Positions 24,517-36,904 of a DNA stretch of 64,000 nucleotides are shown here, piece by piece (the first letter of the stretch is position 1; the number at the start of each line of letters is the position of its first letter). The stretch is from assembly GCA_964035545.1 (NCBI GenBank), contig OZ037773.1, positions 9,329,751 through 9,393,750 on the forward strand, given 5' to 3'. The position numbers and the translations under genes are program-made. Source of the stretch: Bugula neritina. Lineage: Eukaryota > Animalia > Bryozoa. A model generated the notes under the pieces. That model had not been told where the DNA came from, did not search any database, and was given only the letters and a program-made list of their open reading frames with translations.

Positions 24517-27500
24517 ATGTCTGCCAATGAGTTACACACTCTGATAGATGATAGAGACAAGTTTGAAGAACAACTTTTAAAGCTGCCTGTTGAAGACAGG
24601 TTTGAAGCTTTAAGAAAAGAGATTGGGGAAGAAAACCGCACGATATTGCACATTGCAACGACTGATGACCTAACACATATTCTAAATTTAGTTATTGATA
24701 ATGTGACAGAAGAAAGTCTGTTAGAATTGCTGATGATTCAAGATGGAGATGGGAGTACACCAGTACACTATGCTGCCAGGGGTAACTATACAGGGCACAT
24801 CCAGTGTATTGTAGATTCTATACCAGAAGAACATTTGTGCGAAGTGTTTGCTATGAAGAATGAAACTGGAAACACAGCTATTCACTGGGCAGTTGGAAAT
24901 AGTAACACAGATATGTTGCAGTGTTTGTTCAACTCTTTACCTTCAAGCCAGAAAGGTGAATTACTCAACATACAAAATCTCAGTGGCAACACAGCTTTAC
25001 ACACTGCAGCAGATAATGAAAGTTTGGAAACTATAGAAATTTTGGTAAAGAGCCTGAAGGATGCAATTGATTTGGAAAGACTTTTAGAAACAACAAATGA
25101 AGAAAGAGAGACTGCTATTCATTACATGGTAACCAATAACCATTCTGATATAATAAAATGGATGACAAGCACTTTGGATATTAAATTGCTGGAGAGACTG
25201 CTTAGCATACAAGATCAATATGGATTTACTGCGGTTAACTATGCAGCTGTTAAAGGTCATACCAACATAATAGGGTGCGTAGCAGGAAAATTGTCAGAAT
25301 ATGCATTAGTTCAGATGTTTCGTATTAGATGTGATCATAGTCATACATGTGTTCACAAAGCAGCAATGGGTGGTCACACAGATATAATGAGATGCATAAC
25401 AGAAAATCTGTCAGAATCTATGCTATCTTGGTTGTTTGGAATTCAAACCAAAGATGGCTATACATGTTTTCACTATGCAGCAATGGAAGGTCATGCTGAG
25501 ATTGTCAACTGCATATCAAATTCATTAACAGCTAAAGCGTTGAAAGAAATACTCACAAAAAACAAAGTGAAAGTGGACGTACAGCTATGCACTTTGCAGC
25601 TGAATCTGATAAAAAAATGGTAGTAAGCTGCATCTTTGAATCTCTTCCAAGGGATAATATTTTGGAAATGATTTTTACCAAAGACAACAAAAACAACACA
25701 CCATTCCAGTTAGCAGCAAAAAGTGGTCACACTGACATTTTGAAACTTATGATCAGTTTTCTCTCAGTTGAACATCTGTTGAATTTATTGCAAATAAGAG
25801 ACTCAGACTTTCTAACACCACTACACATTATTGCAAAAAATGGACATGCGTTGGCATTAGAAGTAGTTTTCGGCCATTTGTCTGTCGATAGTTTATATGA
25901 CATACTAACTTATTATGGAATCTGGTGGAATGAAACAGCAGCTCATATTGCAGCCGAAAAAGGTCATGTCGAAATTTTGGAAGTGATTTTCAAAAACTTG
26001 TCATCAGAGCAAACTTTACAGCTGCTAGAAATAAAAAATAAATATGAACAAACAGCACTAGACTTGGCAAAAATAAATAAGCAGACAGAAACAATAACTT
26101 TCATTAAGAAAAGTCAGAAAAAAGCGGAAAAAGCAATGTCAGGTAAGGCATTTATAGTAAAATAATATAAAATATGTTTTGTAAATTTCAAAGCTTTTTT
26201 TATAAGCTTTCTTTGATTATCATTAAAGATATTTTTATGTAATAGTGAGTTGGTGATAGCATAGATATTATGCCACATGTATGAGATATGAGATAACAAC
26301 GCATACTGGTGAGGATTGTCTCAATCACAGAACTACTCTGCACACAGTTTATTACTTTTACTATACATAGTTTTATTGTTGTCTTTTGTGAATAAAATAT
26401 TTTCAAATAAGGTAAAGTACAGAAGTAAAATTGCTATCTTCACATCTATAGCCTAACTATTTATTAAAAGTTTAACATTTTAAAGCATTATACTTGTATT
26501 GTATATTATGCCATTGTTTACAAGAACATTTATAACTTTTCAAATCACAATTAATTTGCAAACATCGTATTTTATTTGACTACTGAAATATGATTGTTTG
26601 CCTTTATATCTTTACAAATATTTCAGGCAAATTATGAACAAATTTCTAAAGTTTTGGTTCAACTGTGAAACTACACAAATATAAAATATGTTTCGCCTAG
26701 CTTGGCAAAAATAATTTACCAATATTTTTTAATTTACTAAAATCTACAAATAATTGACATAATTTTTATAGACTGTATAGCTAGTCTAGGAGCTAATTTA
26801 AAAGATAGACCTGATTGGCCAATCACAGAAAAGGACATAGTTGAGAAATACTTGAATGAGTCAGATGTAGAGATAGACATGATCAACCTACCTCTAAGAG
26901 CATGTACACAACCAAACACAGAAGATATGTACAACTGCAAAGAGGTTTACATATTGAACTGCATTAATTTTTTTTTGAAAATTGAATACTTTTCTCAATC
27001 TCATTTTTAGAATCAGCATTAAAATTTAGCAAATACATTTAGTTTCTGACATGATATGATGGTGCAGTGCATTTAGACATAATGGAATATAAAAGCTACT
27101 TTGTTCAAGCTGTACAACTTTTGCTATAATAACCCAACCATAATAACGAATAATTTATCATTTCCGTGTTTTTAGAAGTATTACCAGATGACTTCTCCCA
27201 CCAGAGGAAGGTGTCTTATCATCAACAATAGAGACTTTGAAGTTCCCTCTGCACCAGACCAGGTAGAATTTGATAAGAGAGAAGGTTCAGATGTTGATGT
27301 GGCAAACATTGTCAATGTCTTTACTCAGCTTAGTTTCATCTGTGAAGTTCACACTAACCTCACCAGTAAGGTAAGCTAGGTTCACACTAACCTAACCGGT
27401 AAGATATTTTGAGGGTCTTAGATAATGAATCATACTAAACCTTTACTGTAAAGACTAAGTTTAGACAAAATATATCTTACATTCTTAAATTATATCAAAC

Positions 27501-29538
27501 TCAGCAAAATTTTGCATTTCTCAAGTTTTAAAGCACAAGAGGTGACCTTGTAATCAGTGGTCCAAGTGGGTGGTCGGCAAAAGTTTGGATACTACGCCAT
27601 TTTCTCTAGGCCTTGGCCACTGCTAATATATTAGCCCACTGCATGTATATAACAACTTTATTGAAAAATTATTTTTATATTGAGCAAAATTATTACAATG
27701 ATAATTTCAATGAAATAAAAAAGCTACAATAATGAAATAGTCTTCAAGAATGTTGTCTTTTAAGTTCTATTTAGATCTATTCTATTGCTATTATAAGCTC
27801 AAGGTCATCCTTTTTATTCTACATAGCGAGAATGTAGAATGTGTAGAAACATTTTGAATTTATAGGGAATGTTACGTGTGTTGAACCGTGAAATACAAAA
27901 TCCAGAGCATGAGAGGTTTGGAGTTAGTGCCTTTATCATAATGTCTCATGGAGCTGAGAACTTTATTTACGGTGCAGATAGTCGCCCAGTCAAACTGTCG
28001 GACATCTTGGATCTTATGTCTTCATATGCATTCAAAGCCATGGCTGGTAAACCTAAGATAGTTGTCATCCAGGCCTGTTCTGGTGGTGAGTTTTATCATT
28101 CAACTAATCCATTACTTTTTCTGGTATTGAGATGGAGTTGGCTGTTACATTTAATACCTATGTTTTCTTATATCTATTATACTTGTATATCTATACATAC
28201 ATTGGTAATTACGTGTTTACTTGTAATATTCCCAATATCTACATGCATGTATCATGTTGTAGACAGAAATGTATTTGCATTGATACTTATTATATATACT
28301 TCTATATATATACTTGTATATATACTTACATCTATACTTACACAATATATTATACTTACGTATATAATTATATATATATATTTACATACATCTGTACTTT
28401 GTCTTGTAGACAGACCAGACAGTCTTGGCTTCTATACAGAAGATTCTCCAAGCACTGCTGGAGCAACTCTCAGTGATAGCAAATGGAAATCTGATCCATT
28501 TCCTGGAGATTACTTGGCTACTGACGATTTGTTCTTGTTGAAAGCTAGTTTTCTCAGTAAGAACACAATATTATCTAATGAAATGAACTATAGTGAACAA
28601 ACTTTAACATTAGATAATTAATAATTATAATATAACAATATAGTCATCATATATACGTATGTATGCAACTGACTTTGTTATAATGGGCTTGTATAACCTT
28701 CTTGACTGACAATCTTTTAGGTAACACAGTCTGTATGTTCCATGTGCTGCAGGTTTCCGTTCAGCAAGACACACTCGTCAGGGTAGTTGGTTGATCAGAG
28801 CTTTAGTGTGTTCACTGTACAATCACAGCTGTGATGAAGATATTGAGACTATCTTCAGAAAGGTGAGTAATATCTGTACTAATATGTATACTAGCAGAAG
28901 GGCTGTTAAGTTTAGAGCTTATAGGTCATTCTCTTTCAATTCTTTTTAAAAAAAGGTGAATGAATGTTCATTATAGTGTGCAGTACGGCCTGCAGTGCAT
29001 TATCTGTATTATAGCAAACATGCACCAGAAATTAATAAAACTTAAGCTAAACAAATTTATTAAAAACTCTAAGCCAATTTTTTGAGAATATTTTCTATAT
29101 CATTCTTGCTACAGCTAAGAGTAGATAATTGTCACTAATATTGATATTGAGTTTACCACCTGCTTATATTAATACTATACTTTTCTTACTCTCACACTGC
29201 AACCAAGCAATACTTTGCTATACATGCTATCCAATAGCTGTAGTACAGATGTAACCTTCTAACAAATCTGAATGAACCCTTACTTCCAGCCGTAGTGTGA
29301 AAAACCTCATTATTATAATAAGTAAATAGAGATGTAAAACCAAGCTTATACATTTCGCATTAGCAGAATAACATGGAATTATTCTTTTTAGGTAAAAGAT
29401 ATTGTTAGAGCAAAGAGTATCAAAGCATCTAAAAAAGACAGCCATTTAGGAGGGCAACAACCAACTTCTAATTGTTTTCCAACAAAGGGAAGACAACTTT
29501 GTTTGTTTCCTAGGTTTAGTCCTGCTCAAACTGAGTGA
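24517..29538 (+). pseudogene. A3: ankyrin-repeat caspase with a +2 frameshift in an A-run of the ANK exon (pseudogene or assembly error)
   Basis: Exons 24517-26142 (1626 nt, versus 1624 in A1 and A2; frameshift at ~25557-25562), 26772-26944, 27176-27370, 27866-28085, 28410-28556, 28753-28862, 29392-29538. SHG and QACSG are intact. Confidence 0.85.
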
Positions 29539-30824
29539 AAGTCTTGAGAAAAAATTTGGCAAAACTAATAAACTAGAAATCATTTGCCGTATTATTTTTA
29601 ATAAAAGTCAGGTATTTACTGCCTGGCAGCTCATTTATGTATTTTTATTAACAATGACAACTATTTATTTAATTTTATTTAGTAGGCTATTTACGCACTT
29701 TATATTATATTTCTACCTTGTTTTGTTTGTCTATCTGTCACCTGTAAAGGCATTCAGCTGTTGCAATTAATTTATTACTGTGCAGGCTGACAATGGCAGC
29801 AACAGTATTAGCTGCTTGTGCCTTGAATATCATATTGCATATATACTGCATAAAAGCCTATGTTATAGCTCATTTCCTTTTTTCGATGCACGTGTAAACC
29901 TTAATAAATGCTGTGCTGTTAAATGTGGATCCTGTGAGAGTAAAGAAATATAATCCAATTTTTTTTCAGTTAAATTTACATAAACAAACACAAAAAAGAA
30001 AATACTACTAAAATCAAATTTCATATGAGAAAATAGCTATCAATGTACTCGTACATGAGCTATGAATGATGTGTGAATAATTTTGAGAACAGCATTAGTC
30101 ACTGTAGCTAGAGAGTTATCCCCTTGAATATATAGAGCAAACGGCTAGGAATAGTTGTGATCTATATTAGAAAAATATCCCTATGACTATAACATACATT
30201 ATGTGATTATAATACTATTTTGGAAGACAGAAAAAGCAGTTCCAAAAATTTTGTAGCCAAGTGCTATAGTTACAAATTAGCAACACATACTGTATAACAT
30301 TTTAAAGCTGGGAAAAGCTACTGAATATCCCATAAAATATTAATAAAGAAATGGTTTTAGAGCTGCTATTGGCAGCTGCAGGGAGAAGTTGCAGTAAAGA
30401 CTACTAATACAGGCATCAAAGCCAGCTGGCAAACATAGACCATTAATTTACATAATAAAATGATAATAATTTATCATGCACTTACAATACAAGTGATAAA
30501 CTTACTACATTATACCCCAGCAAGATAAACTAGATGAAAAATTCTACACCTGTTTATTGGCTCTTATTATAGCTAGTTTCAAAGTCATTATTAAATCATT
30601 GTTATCTAATGTAAACTACACTTACCCTTTAATCTTTCTTTGAAACTATGATTGTTACACATTAGTTTGCAACTAAATAAATGTAATGTGTTTGTCTAGT
30701 GATAGTCTTTCTAGCTACTCGCACTGTACTCAATGTTATATAAATTACTAATACTAGCTTATCATCAGTTGTTTAAGTAAAAGCCCGAGATTGAGGTATA
30801 GCATCTAAATGGTAATTACATTAC

Positions 30825-33800
30825 ATGACAAACATGTCAGGTGCAAGATTCCGTAAGTTGGTACAAGAAGAAAATGTGGCAGGATTTATTTGCAACTTTA
30901 CATCACTATCTTTGGATACCAAGTTAGCAGTTTTACAAGAACAGGACTTTTGTGGAAAAACGATAATGGGGCTAGCTGCAGAGCTGTCTTTGCCAGAAGT
31001 AGTTGAAAAAATAATAGACAGCATACCTCCGGATGAGCTGTGTGACATAGTTGCAATAAAAGACAAGCATGGAGACACTCCTCTACACATTGCTGCATAC
31101 TTTGGAGAAGAGAAAATAGTGAAATACGTACTCAATTCCAAACTAACCACTGCTCAACTGCGCCACATCTTAAATATAAGAAATAACAACAGCATTTCAG
31201 TTCACCAGCGTGCAGTTGCAGAAGGACATCTTAGAATGGCTGACACAATTTCAGACCGACTACAGCAGATTGAAAGAGAAGAAGATAAAAATGTATTGCT
31301 TCGAAAAGCTGTTGAGTCAAGTCAAATGAGCAGAGTTGAAACCTTTATGAATTCCATGTCTAAAATTGAATTTTATAGTCAGTTAGCAGCCCAAGATAAA
31401 GCTGGTAACACAGTTGTTCACATTGCAGCTCACTATGGATACAAAGAGATGATAGAACTGATGATACAAAGATTAGAACAACCTGATTTATACAAATTGC
31501 TAAAAATACAAAACAACAAAGGTTTTACTATCTTACTTGTAGCAGTGTGGAACAAAAACATTGAAACAGTAACACTAATTTTGGACAGCTTACCTCCAGC
31601 TGCTATGAGCGAAATACTTCAGATTCAAAACAAGCATGGTGCTACTGCATTTTCAATTGTTGTACAAAATGGAGTAATGGAAATTTTAGCGGTTATGGTA
31701 AGAAAACTCTCCAAGGCTGATCTTTATAGGCTAATTGTGCTAGCAGACAATGATGGTGATACAGCTATGCACTGCGCTGCATTTGGAAACCAGGCATACG
31801 CTGCTGTTTTCCTCTTAACCAGACTAACAGGTGAAGAAGCCAAGGATGTATTACAAGTAACAAACAACGATGGTTTTACTCCCATAGCATATGCTAATAG
31901 CGATGCAAACATAGATTTTGTTTCATCTATAATAACTTTTCAGAAACAAAAAGAGGCTAACCTAAAAGGTGAGAGCAAACAAGTGCGTGTTCTTATGCAG
32001 AATTGATTGGTAAATTAATTTGAAGTAATGTATTTTCTTTTTAGCACAAAAATATGTTCAACCTTAGTTATTAGTATATCCTTATTGTGTCAAAAAATAT
32101 TTGGCTATCCATTAACATGAGTTGTGGTTATTTGCCACTTGCTATAGTTGCTATAGTCAGTCGCTAATTACTAATAACTAGTAGCCACAGTCACTATAGT
32201 TATTATATTTTAAAGTTACTAGTTTTACATAGTTATACAATTAGTTGTCATTTATTAGTTGATTAATATAGTTTATTCAGCGATAATGTTTGCAATTTCA
32301 TGATGTGAAAAGTTAATAGAATTTAATTATATATATGCTATTTATTTGAGATATATTTTATGTTATTAGAACCAGCTGTACCAGCTAAAAGTATTGCACA
32401 AACAGCTGAAAACACAGAACTGGAAAATAGCGACACACCAAGCTGTGAATATTACGAAGACCCTGATAGTGCAAAAGGTTAGTTTCATGAAGAAATGGCA
32501 AACAATGACTCACCTAACTAAAAAGTATAAAATATGCATATTATGTTTTATTGAGGATAAAGTTTGGTGTAATACATTAGTGAGGTGAATTGCTCTGAGA
32601 ACTTAAACAAGCCTGTTGCTAAGTGAAGTCATGACAGTCAACGCACTCTTCACTAATTATTATATATCTCTTCTCTATAGCAACTAGAAACATATTTCTC
32701 CAACGTGTGATGCATATATATGTTAGGCAGGATGTATTACAGGTGTCCTGCATGTGTCCTGCAGGTGTCCTGCAGGTGTCCTGCAGGTGTCCTGCAGGTG
32801 TCCTGCAGGTGTCCTGCAGGTGTCCTGCAGGTGTCCTGCAGGTGTCGGTTAACAGCACCAGCTAACCATGAGTAATAATAATAATTCGTTTTCGTTGCAT
32901 GTATGATGATGCTATATGAACAGTGAGATTCAAAAGTTTACCTATAGCATGCTTTTATGCTTATAGTCTCACTATTCAAAGGCTAAAATAGCTGTGGGAG
33001 AATTTCAAGTGTGGGATAATGTATAGCCAGTTAAAAGGATTAGCAACTGTAAACTTTTCAAATTTTGTTCTTGCTTTCAGCAAAATCAAAGCTTGAAGAG
33101 CTTCCTCAAACTATAAGCTCTGTCAGCAGTGGGATTTCTAGCAATGCTGAAGCTTCTTTAGTAGAACGTAAGTTCTAAGCTTCATAAACCCAGATATACT
33201 ATTTACCTAATTTATATACAATCATCTTTAAAAACTGAAACTAATTCAGTTTTTTATGTAATAATGTGTTATAAAATGAAGACAACTAAATGACATATAG
33301 GTGAAATCATATTATCAACAGTAAGTTACAGATGCTTACATATTGCATAACAAAATCTGTGATGGTTATTTGTATATACAATGCTGAGCTTTCTTTAGTT
33401 CTTCAAGAGTTAAGTCTAGGAAAGAAGTTGGGTAGTGGCGGACAGGCGACTGTGTATGAGGGCACTTGGTTGGGTACTCCGGTGGCTATCAAGATGTTAG
33501 AACATTCTGTTGAAGCAGACTTGTCAAAGATAGCCGAGGGATACTTTGATGAATACAATGCCATAAAGTGAGAGATAAAATATAATCAAGATTATTACAA
33601 AACATTTTATTCAAGGAAAACATTCCTTTGGTTAGCAGTGAATAATAAGTAAATGGCTCTTTACTGATATGTACCCCACCTGATCATTATATATAACATA
33701 AATTATGGAAATGCATTAGCTATGGTTCTCAAACTAGTTTGTTGTTTCAATGTCTAACTTTTACTGTAGGTCTCTGCGACACCCAAATATTGTGCAGTTT

Positions 33801-36800
33801 TTTGGTGTTGGGCAGCTGCCAGAAGGAATTGGTCTGGTGATGGAGTTTTGTGACTCGGATCTAAAAGCCATGTGTGTGAAAATAAAAGCTGCTTCTCATT
33901 TGAAAGTTAGTGAATCTTTAGCAGTTATATAATAATATTTAAGCTGATTCAGGTAATGGGCAAAACTTTTACAAATCAAACTACTTACTCTGTACTTTCC
34001 TTAACTTTTCTAGTTTCTTCTTTTACTTCTTCTATAACCCTAAATTGCATGTTATAATAAACACTAACAACTACTACGATGCAGGCGTTATAGAAATTGA
34101 CATCAGTGGTATAAAGCCTGATTTTAGCAATAGCAATCACAAGTACTACAGTCGAATTTTACTCATTTAGTATGAATATGAAATAATTAAAAATTCTTGC
34201 AAAGAATAGTGTAAGCTTTTCATTTCACAGGTTATCTAGTTAATATCAAAACATGTGATTTATGCAAACACAGACAGGGATAATGTTTACACAAAATTTA
34301 AGATTAGAGATACTCCAGCACTTGCATTAAGCAAGCAGGCTAGACATTTGTTAGCAATGGTGATCCTAATTGTATGACAGATATATGTGTCAGTATTATC
34401 CTTGATGAACACTTTGAGTGGTTAGAGTATTAAATATTTATAATTATGCTCATTAAAGACTGGTGTTGTGTTGTAATAAAGAGAAACAACTCCAAAGTTA
34501 CATTTTGCCAGTTCTAACTTCTAAGGGAAAACTCGAAAAGTTGCAATTAAGCATGAATTGATGAAATTCCTGTTTATAGCACATTTTTTAATGTATGCTA
34601 GGGGAATCTAATACCTTATTGGTGTTCACAATCAAACACAAAATTAGCAACTCATCAGCAAAGAAGTAGCTGCATGCATGTGAACTAGTGTTAGGTGCTA
34701 TCTTGGGATGGGCATCAAGTTATAATTGCTCTTACACTCTTTAGAAACCCCTCGAATCGGATGCTGCCAGCTTTGTGAGAAGGTGCTGCTGTAGAAATTT
34801 GTTTCAATTAGTTGGTAGAAGTTGCATAATTTATAAGGAAACAATCTTAATTTCTGCTGGTAATTTTAACTTACGCTTTTAATCTAGCAGGTCAACGTGT
34901 TTTAAAGCAATACAGTCTGTAATGAATATTGGTCAAATATTGGTTCACTTAAATATTGTTTATATATTATATATATACATTATAGGAAAAGGTGCTTAAG
35001 ATAATAAAAGACTCTCTGAGTGGGTTGGTGTACCTCCACAGCAGGAACATGCTCCACATGGACATCAAACCACACAACATATTGGTGAGAAACCTTTCCA
35101 ATCTCAAATTTGGTTGCAGCATTAACTAATTCAATCATTGAAGAATATCATTTTTATAAACCTTCATTGCTATCATTAGCAAAGTGGCATTTACAATATT
35201 TCTGATACTTATATTTACAATTGCTCATAAAAACCTTTATAAATATTGTATTTGTATTGATCAATACATATAGTTCTTTACGCTTATTCATAACTTCTTT
35301 TAACTATTTAAAGCTCCTTTTTATAGATTCAATCTGGCAAAGGGAAATTGGCAGACTTTGGCTTAACTGACTTTGTTGGAAATTTCAATGACATGACAGT
35401 CACTTACCAAACATGGCAAGGTCAGTCTCAATGGTTTCTTGGTTTACATGAAGGCACATTTTTTTAATATCCTAGGAACAACAACTCATTATCCAGGTCC
35501 TTTGCAGAAGAAACCGCATTCACTATAAAAAATTGTCTGCATATGTATATTATCTATAAAATATTACATCATTTGTCTCTAACTTCATGCTTCAAGAGTT
35601 CCATTTAAGCTTTTTGAAAAAACTGCACAGCATTGGTGTTGTTGTGGAAAGCTGCTTCCAAAATCTGCCTCATATAAAACTTATTTTAATTGTAAAATGC
35701 ATGTCATGGTTACAGTTACTTTACCTGTAGACATCTGAGTTAATTGATTAATTAGGTTAAATTCTAAGATGTACATTGGAGGGTATTTTATAGCCTGTTA
35801 TATAGTTATTCTACATTGACCAAACAGTGTGAATCTTAATGAGGCAGAATACTGTCCTTGTGAGGGCTATTTAATGGTCACAGCCAATCAGTGTGAGAGT
35901 TGATTGATGCTACACATAATCTATGTGATTGTGACAGTGTTAAAGTTGACAGTAGTGTGACAGTTGATGCGGGTAGTGACAGCTAGTGTGACAAATTAAT
36001 AGTTGATGAGTAGTAACAGCTAGTGTGACAGTTGATGTGTATAGTGCTGACAGCTAGTGTGACACATAATGGGTAGTGACAGCTAGTGTGACAGTTGATG
36101 GGTAGTGACAGCTAGTGTGACAGTTGATGGGTAGTGACAGTTATTGTGACACATGATGAGTAGTGACAGCTAGTGTGACAGTTGATGGGTAGTGACAGTT
36201 ATTGTGACACATGATGAGTAGTGACAGCTAGTGTGACAGTTGATGGGTAGTGACAGTTATTGTGACACATGATGAGTAGTGACATGTGTTGATTTTGCAG
36301 GAACTCCAAGATACAGAGCTCCGGAGCTGCTACACAGAAAAGCACCTTCAAAAGCAGCAGACATGTGGTCTATGGGTGTGACAGCACTGGAGGCTTTGAC
36401 CGGTAGGTCTACATGATGCATTATATAACCCTTAAACCTTCATAACCTGCAGGTTTGCTAAGCACTAGCTGTATCAAGTTTGTCATATCTTATAAGTTGA
36501 ATATCAGCTAAAAATTTCAAGAACTTTAACATTATGTTATTTGTAGCCCTCTTCGTAGAATAACTTTATTAGCAAATCAATGCAGAACTGCATATATAAT
36601 TTTACATGTATCCAATAAAATTTAGCTCCACTATAAAATTATTTGCGTAAGCAAAAACTGTGTCTTAAATTTTTTCTGGTTTACTCACATCTTAAACCTT
36701 GTAGGAAGCTCATGTTACAAAAACATGGTGAAACATAAAAGATCATTTGTGCCGAAGGATATTTTGGAAACGAGACTACCCACAGCCTTGCAGAACTTGT

Positions 36801-36904
36801 CTCACCATAATCAAGAAATATTCAAATTAGTGCTGAATTTTGATCCAGAAAAACGATCATCGGCTTTAGAATGGCTCAAATGTCTAAACAGCTACGAGTT
36901 GTAA
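30825..36904 (+). CDS. K1: ankyrin-repeat protein kinase (TKL/RIPK-like, non-RD), ~712 aa, intact
   Basis: Exons 30825-31968, 32370-32477, 33081-33167, 33399-33567, 33770-33905, 34986-35084, 35327-35420, 36301-36402, 36705-36904; 2139 nt, open. Motifs: LGSGGQATVY, PVAIK, alphaC Glu (FDEY), LRHPNIV, YLH...HMDIKPHNIL, LADFG, GTPRYRAPE, DMWSMG. Confidence 0.9.
32737..32845. repeat. 11-bp minisatellite (CCTGCAGGTGT)n in K1 intron 2
   Basis: About 9-10 units; only ~2-3 units at the paralogous site in K3 (~55397-55432). Confidence 0.9.
35930..36285. repeat. ~29-bp minisatellite (GTGACAGCTAGTGTGACAGTTGATGGGTA-like) in K1 intron 7
   Basis: Degenerate GTGACA-based tandem units ending just before the 36301 acceptor; the paralog at 59315-59995 is longer. 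Confidence 0.85.

Noticed and set aside
27869-28621. 250-aa ORF (and 50656-51306) suggesting a caspase with a hydrophobic or transmembrane insert
   Set aside because: Read-through of an AT-rich intron between two GT-AG-bounded exons; the equivalent intron in A1 and A2 contains stops.
35930-36285. CRISPR-like appearance of the GTGACA repeats (also 59315-59995)
   Set aside because: No unique spacers and no cas genes; eukaryotic intronic minisatellite.
30825-36904. Naming K1/K3 as ILK, TNNI3K, RIPK4 or ANKK1, or the caspases as CASP2/8/9
   Set aside because: Domain order and motifs do not match any of these exactly; orthology needs a phylogeny, so no symbols were assigned.
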